Shown: positions 14,161 to 26,800 of the stretch, piece after piece | Layout: each line of letters begins with the position of its first letter | Position numbering within the stretch: the first letter of the stretch is position 1 | Assembly (NCBI GenBank): GCA_051362555.1 | Contig: CM120648.1 | Coordinates: forward strand, 1,589,721-1,653,720 | Length of the DNA stretch: 64,000 bases | Origin: Lingula anatina | Lineage: Eukaryota; Animalia; Brachiopoda | Direction: 5' to 3' | Notes under the pieces: model-generated | Told to the model about the DNA's origin: nothing | What the model saw: the letters and a program-made list of their open reading frames with translations, nothing else | Database searches by the model: none | Program-made: the position numbers and the translations under genes

Positions 14161-14357
14161 GGCACAATTCACCCGACAATTGTTCGAAATGTGCCTTCCT
14201 CAGCCTTTTAGCGGGTCTGTGTATCTCATTTTTCGTCAATTCAATTGCATATGCACGGTTGCTTATTGTGTTTCTTGCTATATTTTCAGAAATATTAATC
14301 GGCATTTCCCTACGTGTACTGACGCCTCAACAACTTTAAAAGAGACTCAGTCACAAA

Positions 14358-15323
14358 ATGTATAATTCTAGTGATGGAAGCGCCGCTCACGGCCTGACGG
14401 TAGGATGGCGAGTGACAGGTGCCACGTTTGGAATCCTGTCCTTCGTAAACGGGTTCCTAGGAAATATTCTGATTTTGGGAGTTCTTGTGAAGGACAAAGT
14501 GATCAACGTCAAAGGAAAGGCCAGCTTGATAAGCCTCAGCGTCTGCGGACTGTGTTTTACGCTCTTTCTCCTTGTCGCCATCATCGACACGTATGTCAAC
14601 GATAGATGGCAGTACGGTGAAGTGCTGTGTCACGTGTTCACCTTCGTCAACCTGTCGCTCTTTGGTTGCTCCATGCTGCAGCAGGCTCTCATTGCTTTGC
14701 AGCGGTACACCTGTGTAATTTTCAACAACAAGAAGCTCATTGAGTGTCCCAAATTACTCACAATGAACATAGCTTTCTGTTGGGTCATACCGCCATTGTC
14801 AATGATTCCCTCCATGTACGAAGAGTTCAAGGAGTACCACATCGACAGTCTTGGGACTGACTGTATATTTCTCTCGGACACCGAAGATTTCCAAAAGATC
14901 CTCAGTTTCATCCTGTTCATAGTCATCCCCTCGATAACGATATACGCATGCTACATACGTATATTTATGGTGATCAAAAAGAGCGGAAACAGCGTGGTTC
15001 CCCACGACCCGTACGCCGTACATGTAGCCCCACCCCAAAGCGCGTTTATTCAGAACAGAGAAATCAAGCTGTGCCGCATGTTCTGTGTCATGTGCGCCAT
15101 TACTATCCTGGGCTATGCTCCTTTTGCCTTTTTGCGCGCCCTAGATCTGGCCTTCGTTGTCGATAGAGGTATTTATGTCATTTGTACCGCGCTCTATAAC
15201 ATTGCCCTCACGTCCAACGCCCTGATTTACTGCCTTATGAATAAGAATTTTTCGCAGGCCTTGCGGAGATTCTGGTGCGGCAGTCCCGTGACTACCTCAA
15301 ATGGCGTAACAAATACTAATTAA
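14358..15323 (+). CDS. Class A (rhodopsin-like) GPCR, melatonin receptor/Moody/Tre1-like, 321 aa, uninterrupted CDS
   Basis: Seven hydrophobic segments. TM1 GN (FLGNILIL), ECL1 W-x-Y-G-x-x-x-C, TM3 IALQRY (DRY/NRY variant), TM4 W, ECL2 Cys, TM5 CYIRIF, TM6 GYAPF, TM7 SNALIY (the NAxxY form is a melatonin-receptor hallmark), helix 8 NKNFSQA. The acceptor ttttcAG ending at 14289 implies 5'UTR intron(s). Confidence 0.92.
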   Translation: MYNSSDGSAAHGLTVGWRVTGATFGILSFVNGFLGNILILGVLVKDKVINVKGKASLISLSVCGLCFTLFLLVAIIDTYVNDRWQYGEVLCHVFTFVNLSLFGCSMLQQALIALQRYTCVIFNNKKLIECPKLLTMNIAFCWVIPPLSMIPSMYEEFKEYHIDSLGTDCIFLSDTEDFQKILSFILFIVIPSITIYACYIRIFMVIKKSGNSVVPHDPYAVHVAPPQSAFIQNREIKLCRMFCVMCAITILGYAPFAFLRALDLAFVVDRGIYVICTALYNIALTSNALIYCLMNKNFSQALRRFWCGSPVTTSNGVTNTN

Positions 15324-16512
15324 AGAACATCCTTAAAGGATTAAACTAATAGATATTGTACCTGTCTGTTTGACTGCCTTTTTGTCTAAATATCGACTCT
15401 TTTGTGAAATGTATACTAGGCCTATATTTATTTTTATATTTTGTCATTTTCTAAGGGACAACAAACAAGTAAATAGAAAATTAATGGATTCGTATTACAT
15501 TTCTTTTGGCTGGTTTATTGAGTCCATTGTTGCGAAAGATATAAAACTAATCAATTGTATTTTTATATTATACAAATAGTACCTGCCCTCGCCTACACTT
15601 TGAAAATACGACCCAATGCATTGAGAGGCAATACATGTGGGACCCGTGGCAATTGTACCTTTTGTTCACCAATGTTTGAGAAAAGCATTCTTACAGCATT
15701 TAATGTTGCTGATTAGTATACAGTTCACTATTTGTACAGTAGCCTACATGTGATTGGTTATGTACTTTTTAACTATTGTAATAAACCGGACACTCTAGCA
15801 ATAGTGAATGGTGATTGGCCAAGCATAGGCCTGTTAAAAAGGTCACGTGTTTTCATAGAAATGATGTTGCGCCTTATGGCAGTAACTGGTGATGCGAACG
15901 CATACTGTAAATTATTGTGCGTTATAACTGCATGCCTAGAATTCTACGAGATGTTTAATAATTCTTTTGAGAAAACGTTAACTATTGTGCTCGTATGGAT
16001 ATTATTGTTATTCATATTGTTGTTGGTCAAAAGATTTTTACAGTTGTTGTTTTTCACAAAGCAGTTTATGCCACAAATTATCGAAGGTGTTGTCTTCAGT
16101 ACAGTTTCATTTAATGTATTCCAAGTGACACTATCCATACGGAAGGGAGTAGTTGTTGCCACTTGAAACAGATAAACGAGGGTCCCACAGGGTATTTTCG
16201 TCACTCTTGAAAGTCACTTTTTATTTCCCGAGAAGCATGAAACGTTCATTTTATATAGCGTGATTTGTGAAGCACCCCATTCCCGTGACGCATAAATGCG
16301 ACCTTTATTCTCCGCCCTTCGTGAAACGAAGTCATTATGCCCAGTTGGCGATTCGTGATTTTCAGGATTTTCGAGGCACGTTATTAGTTAACATGTATTA
16401 CAGTACAGTACATGTACCAGTATCTTTTGTTTACTGTGATTTGTGAATTGATAATTATATAGCGTGAACGTATTCAACTCAGAGACGGAACAATATTGTT
16501 ACAGTCTGTTGT

Positions 16513-16569
16513 CTTGTAACAGAAATTTTCTTGTAACAGAAATTTTCTTGTAACAATGTTCTTGTAACA
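16513..16569 (+). repeat. Short 17-bp tandem repeat (cttgtaacagaaatttt)
   Basis: cttgtaaca occurs four times; two units are complete. Confidence 0.85.
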
Positions 16570-17093
16570 CTGTGATAATGTACAATGTAGTTGACACATG
16601 AACGATCCAAAGAGTAATTAAGTGCTAGTGCAGAATAAAGAACAATGGGCGGTAGATGTCGACACTGAACATTTAATAGGAGCAGCGCCCAAGGTGAACT
16701 TTCTGGTCTCGTTTCTGTATATTCATAATTTTATTTTCAATATGGGACTATAAGATTTTGTATAGTTACGCACACAGACTTTACGTACCAGTAGTTAAGT
16801 AAACTTGCCTTTTTAAATCTCATATAAATATTGCACCGCTGTAACCGAGTAAAACCGTTCAAATTGGTATGTACAGTATACAGTATATTATCAATAGCAC
16901 CAGTAAGTTGTATTAAATTTAAACCCATACTGTTTAGTTACACCGGATAAAATAAATTCGATCATTAAAAACGTTTGTGCTCGTCAATACCTTTTCTATA
17001 TTATGGAGTTAACGAATCAATTTACCTGTACGAACACGTATCCTAAAGAGAAAATCTGGCTCATAAGGACCCATTAATGAAACTGTCGTTCTA

Positions 17094-17192
17094 CGCTGGG
17101 ACTCTCGCTGAATGCAATCAGATTAACCGATTAACTCGCCTCCTCTCCTAATTGTTACCAGCGTTCTCGCATAATCACCAGCTTTGCTGTAT
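17094..17192 (+). repeat. Dispersed repeat fragment; inverted copy at 36076-36169
   Basis: gggactctcgctgaatgcaat..gattaac..cgcct..accagcttt.ctgtat matches the reverse complement of 36076-36169. Confidence 0.7.
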
Positions 17193-17649
17193 AATGCTCG
17201 ACGCCTGGGGGAGGCGTGTTAATCTGTCAATCTGATTGAAGATTATCCCTATGAAAATGAGCATTTAAGCAGCGTGTGAAATTGTTTTTCAACATGTTCA
17301 AACATTTAACTACCTCCGCGTACACCAGTGTTAATTTGCTTGCGTACTCGAGGCGTATATGACGTAAGACTAACGAACCTCTTGTGTTTGTCTGGCAGGG
17401 GCGGATTGAGACCGTCTTCTGGGTCTTCCGGAAGACAGTCAGATTTTAAAGTTTACGTTGATGGGTATCTATTTTTTTGTCGGAAGACGGTCAAAAATGA
17501 AGGATGGATCAACAAAGATAATTTGGAAGACTGTCAGAATATATCTCTGTATCCGCCCCTGTCTGCGTATGGGTAAATTTTCTAATATACTCACTAACTG
17601 CTATACCCTGTATGTGCCAGTACTTTTAATGCTGTTTACAATCTACTAT

Positions 17650-17936
17650 GAGACTTTTCAGAACAGATGATCTGCGGACTAACTGATCCACCGACTAAAT
17701 ATGGCCGACCGAACCTCAAAGCGCCGCGTGATCCTCTGATTGTTTCCCCGCCCACACCCGCGCCATTAAACGGATCAACTCTCAGCTCTGAGGTTTAAAT
17801 GCAAGGCCCCGCAACAACGGCGCGCGTGGAGGCCGGGACGCCATCGTGGAATTAGTCGGCGCTGCCTTTAAGTGAGTTGACCATATTTTAGTCCGAGGAT
17901 CTGATAGTTCGCGGGTCAACTTGATCTGAAGGGCCC
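17650..17936. mobile_element. MITE, Harbinger-like family B (related ends at 37278-37350, 38770-38843, 59967-60148)
   Basis: Left end ttcagaacaga..cggactaactgatcc..aaatatggccgacc and an imperfect inverted right end gaccatattt..ccgaggatc..tctgaa. The same terminal sequence recurs at the other loci. Confidence 0.65.
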
Positions 17937-18177
17937 TTTTTTGGCACAGAGCAAACAATTGCATGTCCACTCTCCTCTGATCCCTGCGTGAGTCGCTCAC
18001 AGCTGGCACGTCAGAGGTTGGGTAATCGATGCCGTGTTTCTGTCTTCTCCGGAAAGACTACTGCTTGATTAGTCGGATTGCGTGTCCTAACTAGCAGGCT
18101 ATTTGCAAGTCCTGAAAAGGTGAAAGCTGGCAATTTCCAGATAAAGCTTTTGGCAGACGACGGATTACGTGACACAA

Positions 18178-18428
18178 CCCATGCGAAAATTTGTCTCCTT
18201 TAACGCTCACTTACGGTTCTCAATCTGCCCTAGAACATAATGTTTTTCTCTTTAATTCAAAAATGTTTTAATCTGTTCTAGGACATTCTGAAGGACTTCC
18301 CCAAAACAGTTCTCGAACTGTTACATTGATTACAGAACAACATTAGAACTGTAAAAAATACACCAAATGTTCTAGAATAGATTGAGAACCGTATAAGTGG
18401 ACGTTAAAAGAGACAAATTTTCGTAGGG
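18178..18428. mobile_element. Palindromic MITE with ~60-bp TIRs and CCC...GGG ends
   Basis: ccc..cgaaaatttgtctc.tttaacg..cactta.cggttctcaatct...ctagaacat is mirrored by atgttctag..agattgagaaccg..taagtg..cgttaaa.gagacaaattttcg..ggg. No clear TSD. Confidence 0.8.
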
Positions 18429-19737
18429 GAAACCTACAGGATTCGATCGCATGTCAAGGATGATAAAGATCCAATTATAATGACAATTCATCCCAAACAT
18501 TATCCGATGTCGATATAATATCATTTTGTTTTCATAATTTCATAAATTGACATTTGTAGTGTACATATTCACCGTACTGCCGTGGTGCATTTGCTTACTG
18601 TAATTTTTAATTATTATTATTCTAAAGCTAGAGCTTTCAATGTGGTTTAATTTCCTCCATATAAGTTTTCATAAAATTATCAAAACACAAGAAAGATAAA
18701 ACCGCCGATAACGATAATGAATCCTGATACTTGACATTTTAGGGCTCTAAACATTGGTGGAAAATCCTTTTTTACTTTGAAAGCTCTGCTTTGACGTTGT
18801 CGGTTCTATTTTATCACAGCCCTTAGATGAAAATTGCATCTAAATCATATATAATATTGTTTGTTAATACTATATTTGAACGCTGTAACAAAGGTTTTGC
18901 TTATAATACTACAACCGTAAAGCCACTGTAAAAGTAGTGAAATACCTGTACCTACTCGTTTGACTGTCAAAATGATTATATTTTGGGTGAAAAGCTACAC
19001 ATATTAAAGCCATCTTCGTTAGATGCATACCACTCATATTACTGTTTACTGCAGCTGGCATTGTCAATAACAACTGATTTAGCAGCATGCCCTCAACATA
19101 CCCTGTAAATGTTAAACGTGGGTCGAAATACATGTTTATTGGTACTCATTCGTAAGTGAAAAAAATATCTACCGTCGTTAATTAATTGATAAAGACATCA
19201 TTGCAGGTACAAAGATCGAAAGGAATTATAAGACGCAGTTGCTAGCTCGTTGGTGCCAAACTTCGGACAGCAGGTTTTCTTGATGTTAAAAGTCTCCGAG
19301 GATGCCATGCAAATACAAAGGCTCTTGACACTGTAGATTATGATAACAGCATTAGATTGTACATCATAATATTAATTAAAACACAGAAAAAAACACCTTT
19401 TTTTTATTTACATGCATGTAGCCATGTTAGTTTCTGGCTATATACTGTTTAATCATCGGTCGTTTTTTCGAAATCTCATTTGAATAATTATGCTATTGCT
19501 ATTACGATAATTATGCTAAATTGCGCTCAGTAGTAGTACATTTGGCGGTCACTCACGAACTGAAGTGTCAAATTTACGACCAGAAATTTGTAAAAAGGTG
19601 TAAGTTTAAAGCTATTTTTTGGCCGAGTGATTATTTTTGTTTATTCTTTTGCATGTAGCCCTTATTGATATCGTTTGAGAAATAGGTAGGGGTGATCTAC
19701 ATGCGTTTCGCGGAATCTATGTTCGCTTCATATTTAA

Positions 19738-20074
19738 AGCAATAATAACTCTTCGTTTCGGCCAAAAAATGAATTTTCCTGGAGTAAACAACAATTTTCC
19801 CATACTTACCAATGGTTAATGAATCCATTTTTACATTCAAAGTTAGTCCCTGGTTTTTTTCTAAAAAGTTTGGTTTTTTGTTAAAATCTCTTAAGAGATT
19901 TTAACAGAGTATAGACATCAATGGAGGTCACGTGGTCTAAAGACAAGTTCAGATATCAGAATAAAAGCTATAACTGCTGTTTTTGTGGTAAAACAGAATA
20001 TATTATATTTCTACGAGTTATTCACAAGGTTTTTATTGTGAAATATAGATCTCATACAAAGAGTTATTATCCCT
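19738..20074. mobile_element. Kolobok-like non-autonomous DNA transposon, copy 1
   Basis: Flanked by TTAA on both sides; TIR ag..ataataactcttcgt / acaaagagttattatccct; aligns over its full length with 36410-36747. Confidence 0.8.
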
Positions 20075-20597
20075 TTAACTTTTAAAAGCTAAGCAATGCG
20101 ACATGTTGGTACTCCTTCTCATCAGTTTTGTTATAATTTTCTATCTACTGCAGCAAAATGAGAATTTGATATCCGCCGAGGAAACCTCAAATATTACACA
20201 AGTACAATGAACCTGGCTCGTGCTGCGTTTCACAATCAAGCTCAAACCAATCCCGTTAAAGAACATGCTGCACATTACGAAACGATAAAGTCATATAGTC
20301 CATGAAACGAACGACTTAGTTTGGAAAAAAATATTAACGAAGGAGACACAACAGAACCCGGTCCAGTTGTGGGCCAGCATAACCCAGACAATTTCCCACC
20401 GGAATCCACCCATTCAAAGTGAAAAAAAAAAAAAAAAAAAGGTCGCAAAAAATGCATAAGGGAGGGTATTTAAGTGGGCATATCATGGAAACTGGGTGAC
20501 GTACAAACTTGTTAGAGGTATCTTTTTAATGTTCAAGGGCATCGCCATTCATTTAAAAAAGTTTGGAAGTCATTAGAAGTCAATGACATGCCTAAAT

Positions 20598-21047
20598 GCC
20601 CATTCCCATAGATTTTAGATCGATCTATCCCTGTGGGGAGTCTCACTAGATTACTGTCAGCTTAGCCGGCTTAAGTGTCTGTCCTGCCTACTTAAAGCTG
20701 TAAGGGGGTAATTTAGACTCCGTTCACATGAAAAATCTATTTTCTAAAAATCTATTTTCTATTCGCGGTATCTTGTGATCATTCCAAGCGCAGCCGAGAA
20801 TTAATTACAGCTTTGGAAGTAACTGGCTCGCGCTGCCAGTAATTACGCCGCGGGGTATTCAGGGCACAGACCGTGATCACAAGATACCGCGAATAGAAAA
20901 TAGATTTTTAGAAAATAGATTTTTCATGTGAACGAAGCTTAACTATGGTGCGCGCTCGGCTGACTGCAATTTAGCGTGAACCCCCAGGGAGTTAGGTCGA
21001 TCTAAATCCAAATATCTGGATCGATCTAAATCTCTAGGAATGCACCC
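20598..21047 (+). mobile_element. Harbinger-like MITE family A (~215 bp), interrupted here by a nested MITE
   Basis: TIR cattccca.agattt(t)agatcgatc / gatcgatctaaatctctaggaatg. Uninterrupted copies lie at 27442-27656 (+) and about 35842-36052 (-). Confidence 0.85.
20716..20939. mobile_element. Nested MITE with ~65-bp near-perfect TIRs and TWA flanks (PIF/Harbinger, Tourist-like)
   Basis: cgttcacatgaaaaatctattttctaaaaatctattttctattcgcggtatcttgtgatc is exactly mirrored at the right end. Flanks are tta/taa. The insert is absent from the two sister copies of the host element. Confidence 0.9.
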
Positions 21048-21789
21048 AATGACATGTCTGAATGCCAAGGTCAATCTCGAAAAAGGACCAAATGAACTTG
21101 AGCTTTTTTGTGATTTTTCTAGCTCCTGCTGAGAACTGCATACACCTTTGTATTTAAGTGACCAAGGGTAAAATTATGTATATCAAGCTCAAATTTACAT
21201 CCAAACACATACAAAAGTGACATTTCTGATCCAATAACAATTCAGTCGAACTATATAAATTTATGGGAAAATCCAGAGTAATTTCTGGAATCCAGCATAT
21301 TTAAGAATATGCCTGTCTTCACATGAAACCTCGGAAAATCAAGCTCAAGCCGAACCCTTCAACAAAACATACTGCACATAACGAAACGATAAAGCTAGTG
21401 TAGGAAAGTATTCACTTTCCACCGAAAGTAAATAAATAAATAGAAGTAGGATTAATATTTCTTTCAGAGATACACAATTTATTATTATATATAAATCTTC
21501 TCCAGTGCAGTGGATACTGTAAAGATGGCATTAGTCACACTAGACAACTGTAATAAACTAATTTTTCGTATTTTTTTTCCTAAAAATATCCTGTACCTGA
21601 CGTGCATGAAACCTGTACAGTTTAAAACCTAAAGCAAGAGTCAACGACCGTGTTCTTCTCCTGCAGGTTAAGTAAAATGTAGTCGCGCACTGCAGGTCAC
21701 CAAACAAGCTAAAACCGGACACGCGTGGTCCTTATATTGCTGTGAAGCCGCTCCAGCTGACACGCGTATCCTGTTGCGTAGGCAGTGAG

Positions 21790-21968
21790 TGTACAGCATG
21801 CGGTTTATGCACTTCAGTTGTACGTCAACAGGGTCACGCCGAGCCACGGTTGCACTTGAGAGGGGTGTTTCGTACTTTTTTATTATTATTATCTCACTAC
21901 TTACTTCTGGACGTCATCTGTTAACGGGTTGATTTTGATTCCTACTAGAAGAGATCACATAAAGCAAG
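21790..21968 (+). other. Candidate 5'UTR first exon of the Eph-like/EGF/PLAT gene
   Basis: Strong donor AAG|GTAAGA at 21969 and a TATA-like cttatatt near 21731. The ATG-containing exon has an acceptor at 23827-23828, so an upstream non-coding exon is expected. Start coordinate is approximate. Confidence 0.35.
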
Positions 21969-22024
21969 GTAAGACGTCATGATACGTTCTCTTTGATTCC
22001 GCTATACTGCATTGGATACGTTGC

Positions 22025-22075
<51 letters not shown>

Positions 22076-23071
22076 TTTCCACACACACAGAAATACACAC
22101 ATACACACATTCACATACACACATACACACGCACACATTCGCACATGCACATAGACAAATGCAGTTCTGCCCGTGACTGTAGATTCAAGTAAAAACAGGA
22201 TTTGCGTGAAGGCGTGTCAGCCAATTGTTTTTATAGTGTGTAGTACGTTATACTAGCTATGAAGTGGGTCACTATATAACTTACTATAACTAACAAACTG
22301 GCAAGATATACTAATCAAAAACAGTTAAAACAGCTTTTAGTCGATCCTCGTGATTTACCCTTTCCCGTAATTCCTTAAAAACTGTATCTGCACTCGCTTG
22401 TAAACATACCAAACAATTTTTTCTATGTTTCAATTATCTACAACAAAAAAGCAGACGTCACTGCCACCTACAACCACTATTTCACCGACTATATATAGGC
22501 TTCAGTGTGCAGTGTCGAATTCCGATATCCATTCTTTTTCTATCCAAATACAGCAATGACGGGTTTGGGAGGGGGAAGTGACAGTGTATAGTTTTACAGG
22601 ACATGTGTACTTGGGTAGCTAAAGCACTGGAGCTATAGTGCAAGGAAAGCAATTACTCCAGGGTACTGAACTGTCTCACGGAATTTGCATTGTGTCGTCG
22701 ATTCCCAACATGCAGCAAGTAATTTTCGGAACGGTTGTGTCATTTCCGCGATAATTACAGTTCCGATATATAGTCGATTGTTATTATTATTATTCTTATT
22801 AATGCCATCGTGAATTCGTATCATGAGCTCATTTTGTATAAAACAAATCTACATCATTAAGTTCAGCTCTATGTTAGCGACATCATCGTTATTTCGGGTC
22901 AACAATTTTCAAAATTCTAATACCAGTCAGGTTTGTTGTTCAATCTATCCAAGATAGACGGGTGAGGAAAGTAGGCACATTTTTCCTTGCTTAACTTGGA
23001 ATGTTCTGGATGCCAGACGATTCAGTCAGTAAATTGGGAGGGGTGAGCGGAAGCAAGTACTGCCTTTATTG

Positions 23072-23181
23072 AATCCGGGTACCTCTGAACTCTATCCCCT
23101 GTATCCGGGTACCTCTGAACTCTATCCCCTGTATCCGGGTACCTCTGAACTCTATCCCCCAGATCCGGGTACCTCTGAACT
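23072..23181 (+). repeat. 30-bp minisatellite (atccgggtacctctgaactctatcccctgt), about 3.6 copies
   Basis: Directly visible head-to-tail near-identical units without spacers. Confidence 0.95.
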
Positions 23182-23209
23182 AAAGTACCTAAATACGGAC
23201 TGTCTAACA

Positions 23210-23245
<36 letters not shown>

Positions 23246-23843
23246 TCTTTTAATCTTGAGGTCATCACGCATCCGTTTTACTGTTATCAGGTGGTAATTT
23301 TCTAGCACAAAGATGCTTTTTTTATTAAAAACAAAAGAAAAGAAAAAATCTTAACCATAATTCAAAATGAAATGAACATGTCAAACATGTGGGATCACAA
23401 AAATACAATAGATGTCAAGTAAAGCGTTGCGGTACGTTTTGTTTGAGGGTTGAAAAGCTTCGGTCAACCCAGCACAGTTATGACCAATATACCGTACTCT
23501 AATTTCAATGATGTAGTTCTTCCAATTCCACCACTCCCCATTAGCTTGCCTTGTATCCTGGTTCATACGGAGTAGAGTGTGAATGTAAAAATAAGATATC
23601 TCTTAACTAGGTTCGGCAACAAATCAGTGACAGAAGATTGATAGGTACTTGACAATAAATAATTTACATTGGAACAGTACCAGAAATCAAGGAGGTCGAT
23701 GCAAAAACTGCGTAGAATAGTTGTCAATGCGAAGGGCTTGGCAATCCAGGAATATTCACATTCTATACAAGCCTTATGATCTAACATTTATGTTTTGTTT
23801 TATTTCATTTTATTTTGTTTTATCTTAGCACAGTAGCACCGTC

Positions 23844-26800
23844 ATGGATTGCTGTTCGGGCCTGCTGATTGTACTGATTTCCATGACAGGAGCCTTAGCA
23901 TATGTGGGTAAGAACCTAATGACGTCGACTTCACAGTGTGACGTCACAATACACTAAAATATTGCCTTGTTACGGGTTACTGTTACAAGGTAGCGTGCGT
24001 TGACGTCAGAATACAATACCATAGTTTTAGACGATAAGCGCTCTAGTTTGTTTAAAGATAGAGTAAAATACACTATGGTAGAATTACATGTACCACTCCT
24101 TGTAAATTAAAAGTACGTGCGTATTCGCATCATGTCTCTACATTGCATTTTTTAAAAATAACAATTTATAAGTATATGAGCATATTGTTCTTGTGGTTAT
24201 TTCAAATACCATACATAAGGGGGGGGGGGGGGGGGGGGGGCTCCCAAGACGGATGCACGATGAGTTCATTGAGGACCCTGATATTTTGTCTCTTTCACAC
24301 ACAGCACACTCGGCATAATGTCATATTAAGCGTACATACGTCCTTCTTGGGACTTCCACCCCCTAAAGATTCACGTGAGTAAAATACCATCCTATTTCAA
24401 GTGGCACTGCTGACTTCGTAAGACACCTTCCGGTATTATTTTCAGCTGTATTATTTAAATAAACATTCCACCTCCTGGAGTGGTAATGTGTACTGTACAT
24501 CCTTTACGATATTTTCAGAGCAAATATGGGACACCAATGATAATATGGATGAGTGGCAGATTTTACAACTCGATTCTGACTCAGATGAATCCAAACAGGT
24601 AATAATCTAGACTATTGAAAGCCACGCGATTCATTTAGTAAAATGGGGGGGTGGGGTGGGGGTGGGGGGGTGAGCGGAAGTGCGTATTGCCTCTATCTAC
24701 ATGTACATGTAATATGGCTCTCTGCGAACTGCATCCCCTGAATCACCATATATGGGACACCACTGAAAATATGAATAAGTGGCAGATTTTGATTCGAAAG
24801 AATCCAAACAGGTAATAATGTAGGGTATTTAATGCCAGACGATTTGTTTAATGAGGTGTGTGTGTGTGGGGGGGGGGGGGGAGGGGGGGGCGGAAGTGCG
24901 TATTGCCTCTATTGGACCTTATGAAACTTATGTTCGCTCCTTTCCCCTTGTTCACAATACAGTCAGGTCGCAGTGCATTAGGAACGAGGGGAAAGGAAAG
25001 AACAGAAGTTTCACATCGCGTTCTGGCAGTAAGCTTCGTTAACGCTTCTCAGCAATTTAAGGGGCGTCGCATCGTGAAGCACGCAGATGTCCGTTTCTAA
25101 ACAGCTGAAAATCGATTTTTTGCGGTATCAAGGAACAATCCAACAAGAGAGTTATAAAATAATCATGTTTACATTCATGTTGTATCGTTATAACATGCAC
25201 TAGTACACTGCACAACGCATTTTTTTCCAAACGCTGTCACAGTACATCCCCTATTAAAAGTAAATCTTGTCGACAGCATCATACATGTACATGTATGTCT
25301 TTATCAATTTAATTAAGAAGTCAATACTTCTACCAGTTCGCCTTATTATCTTCATGCAGTAATTAAGGATGTTGATTAAATTGGAAAAATGGTTTATGTT
25401 TCATGTAAATGGTAATCAGTTAATTGCTTGATAATTGTTGGGTTACGAATACATGTCATACAGTAGTTCGGGTGTTTGGTCGTTTAATGGTGTCATAATT
25501 TTTTTTTCCAGTGGCAAAAGGTACAAGTCCTGAGTGCCTTCCAAACTTGCACTCTAGAGTCTGGGCAGGAAAACTGGCTTGTGTCGCCCCCTATCCCCCT
25601 GCCGCCAGAACTCCCTTCAGGTGCATTATTACCATTGCGCATCCGTGTATCTTTCCTTATGCACGCCTGCGACTATACACAATACAGCTTGGACGAATGC
25701 AAGAATTACATTCAGCTGTATGCAGGGTATTTCCCGCCAGGGACAAACTCTATCAACGCATCCAGTCTAGACGCAGTCAAACTAATTCAAGATATCCAGC
25801 TCCGTTCTCCGGGTGCTCCTGACAGCGTCGACGTCGTGTACAACGTCACCGCCGCTCGTGCACAAGGTTCCGTGACAGACCAAATACGGATTGCTCTTCA
25901 TGACCGGGGAAGTTGTACTCAAGGCCTGTCTGTATCCGTTGCATATTTCATTTGCATGCCTATACAGGGAGTGCTTGTATCATTCCCCAAATCATTCCCA
26001 TCTACTTCGCCAGTGCAAGGGTCCTGTATAAGTGGGGCGCATCCTTCCGACCCGCCTTTGCAGCGAATTTGCTCTTTTGACGGATCTTGGTCACCTCAAA
26101 ATGGAAGATGCGTTTGCAAACCTGGGTACATAAGGACTGCTACAGGCTGCGTCGGTATGAAGGGCATATGAGCAGTTTAACCTTTTACTAATTTTTTGAA
26201 AAGAAAACAGTAGTGCCTTCCTCCAATCTAATTGAAAGCCATAAGTACATGCAACATAATATTATATCTATTCTACAAAGTACATAATATTGAAGAAAAG
26301 GTAGTGCCGCATGTCACTGAGCTAAGTGTGGACTTTAAAAAGCTACACATAGGGCACGCATAGAGTACTTAACCATGTACATTTACAGGGCGGTACTCAG
26401 TTACTTAAACATTCCTTATATTCCATAATTTTTATTACTCTCTTGTAATTAGAAATCAATCAACCACTCAGCTATTAGCCGTAGGCCTAATTTTTGTTTT
26501 AGGAAATTGATGGTTGTATATCTGTTCGTCCATGCTTCATTCCTATTTCGGACATATTATATATGATATGATTCCATGCATGTTATACTAAATCGCACAC
26601 CTCTAATTTCACCTGATTACAGAGACAAGTCCTTGTGAGTCGTACCCTTGCTTCAACGGCGGCACCTGTCATGAAGAAAATGGCGGCTTCCGGTGTGAGT
26701 GTTCAGTTGGATTTGCCGGACAGACTTGTGAAAATGGTAATTAACGTACTTTCAAGAGAGCTTTTATTCCATGCGTCTATCTAGTTCACAAAAAAAAATA

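Noticed and set aside
15732-16204. Overlapping 144-aa and 86-aa ORFs downstream of the GPCR
   Set aside because: Non-ATG starts, AT-rich low-complexity content and no motifs; most likely 3'UTR or intergenic DNA.
23072-23181. CRISPR array or coding repeat (ORFs 23022-23210, 23069-23305)
   Set aside because: Head-to-tail minisatellite without unique spacers. The 30-bp period simply keeps frames open.
25581-26171. Stand-alone 196-aa ORF, or a full Eph receptor tyrosine kinase
   Set aside because: It is internal exon 3 (25512-26154) of the secreted gene. No FN3, TM or kinase exons were found before the stop at 29990.
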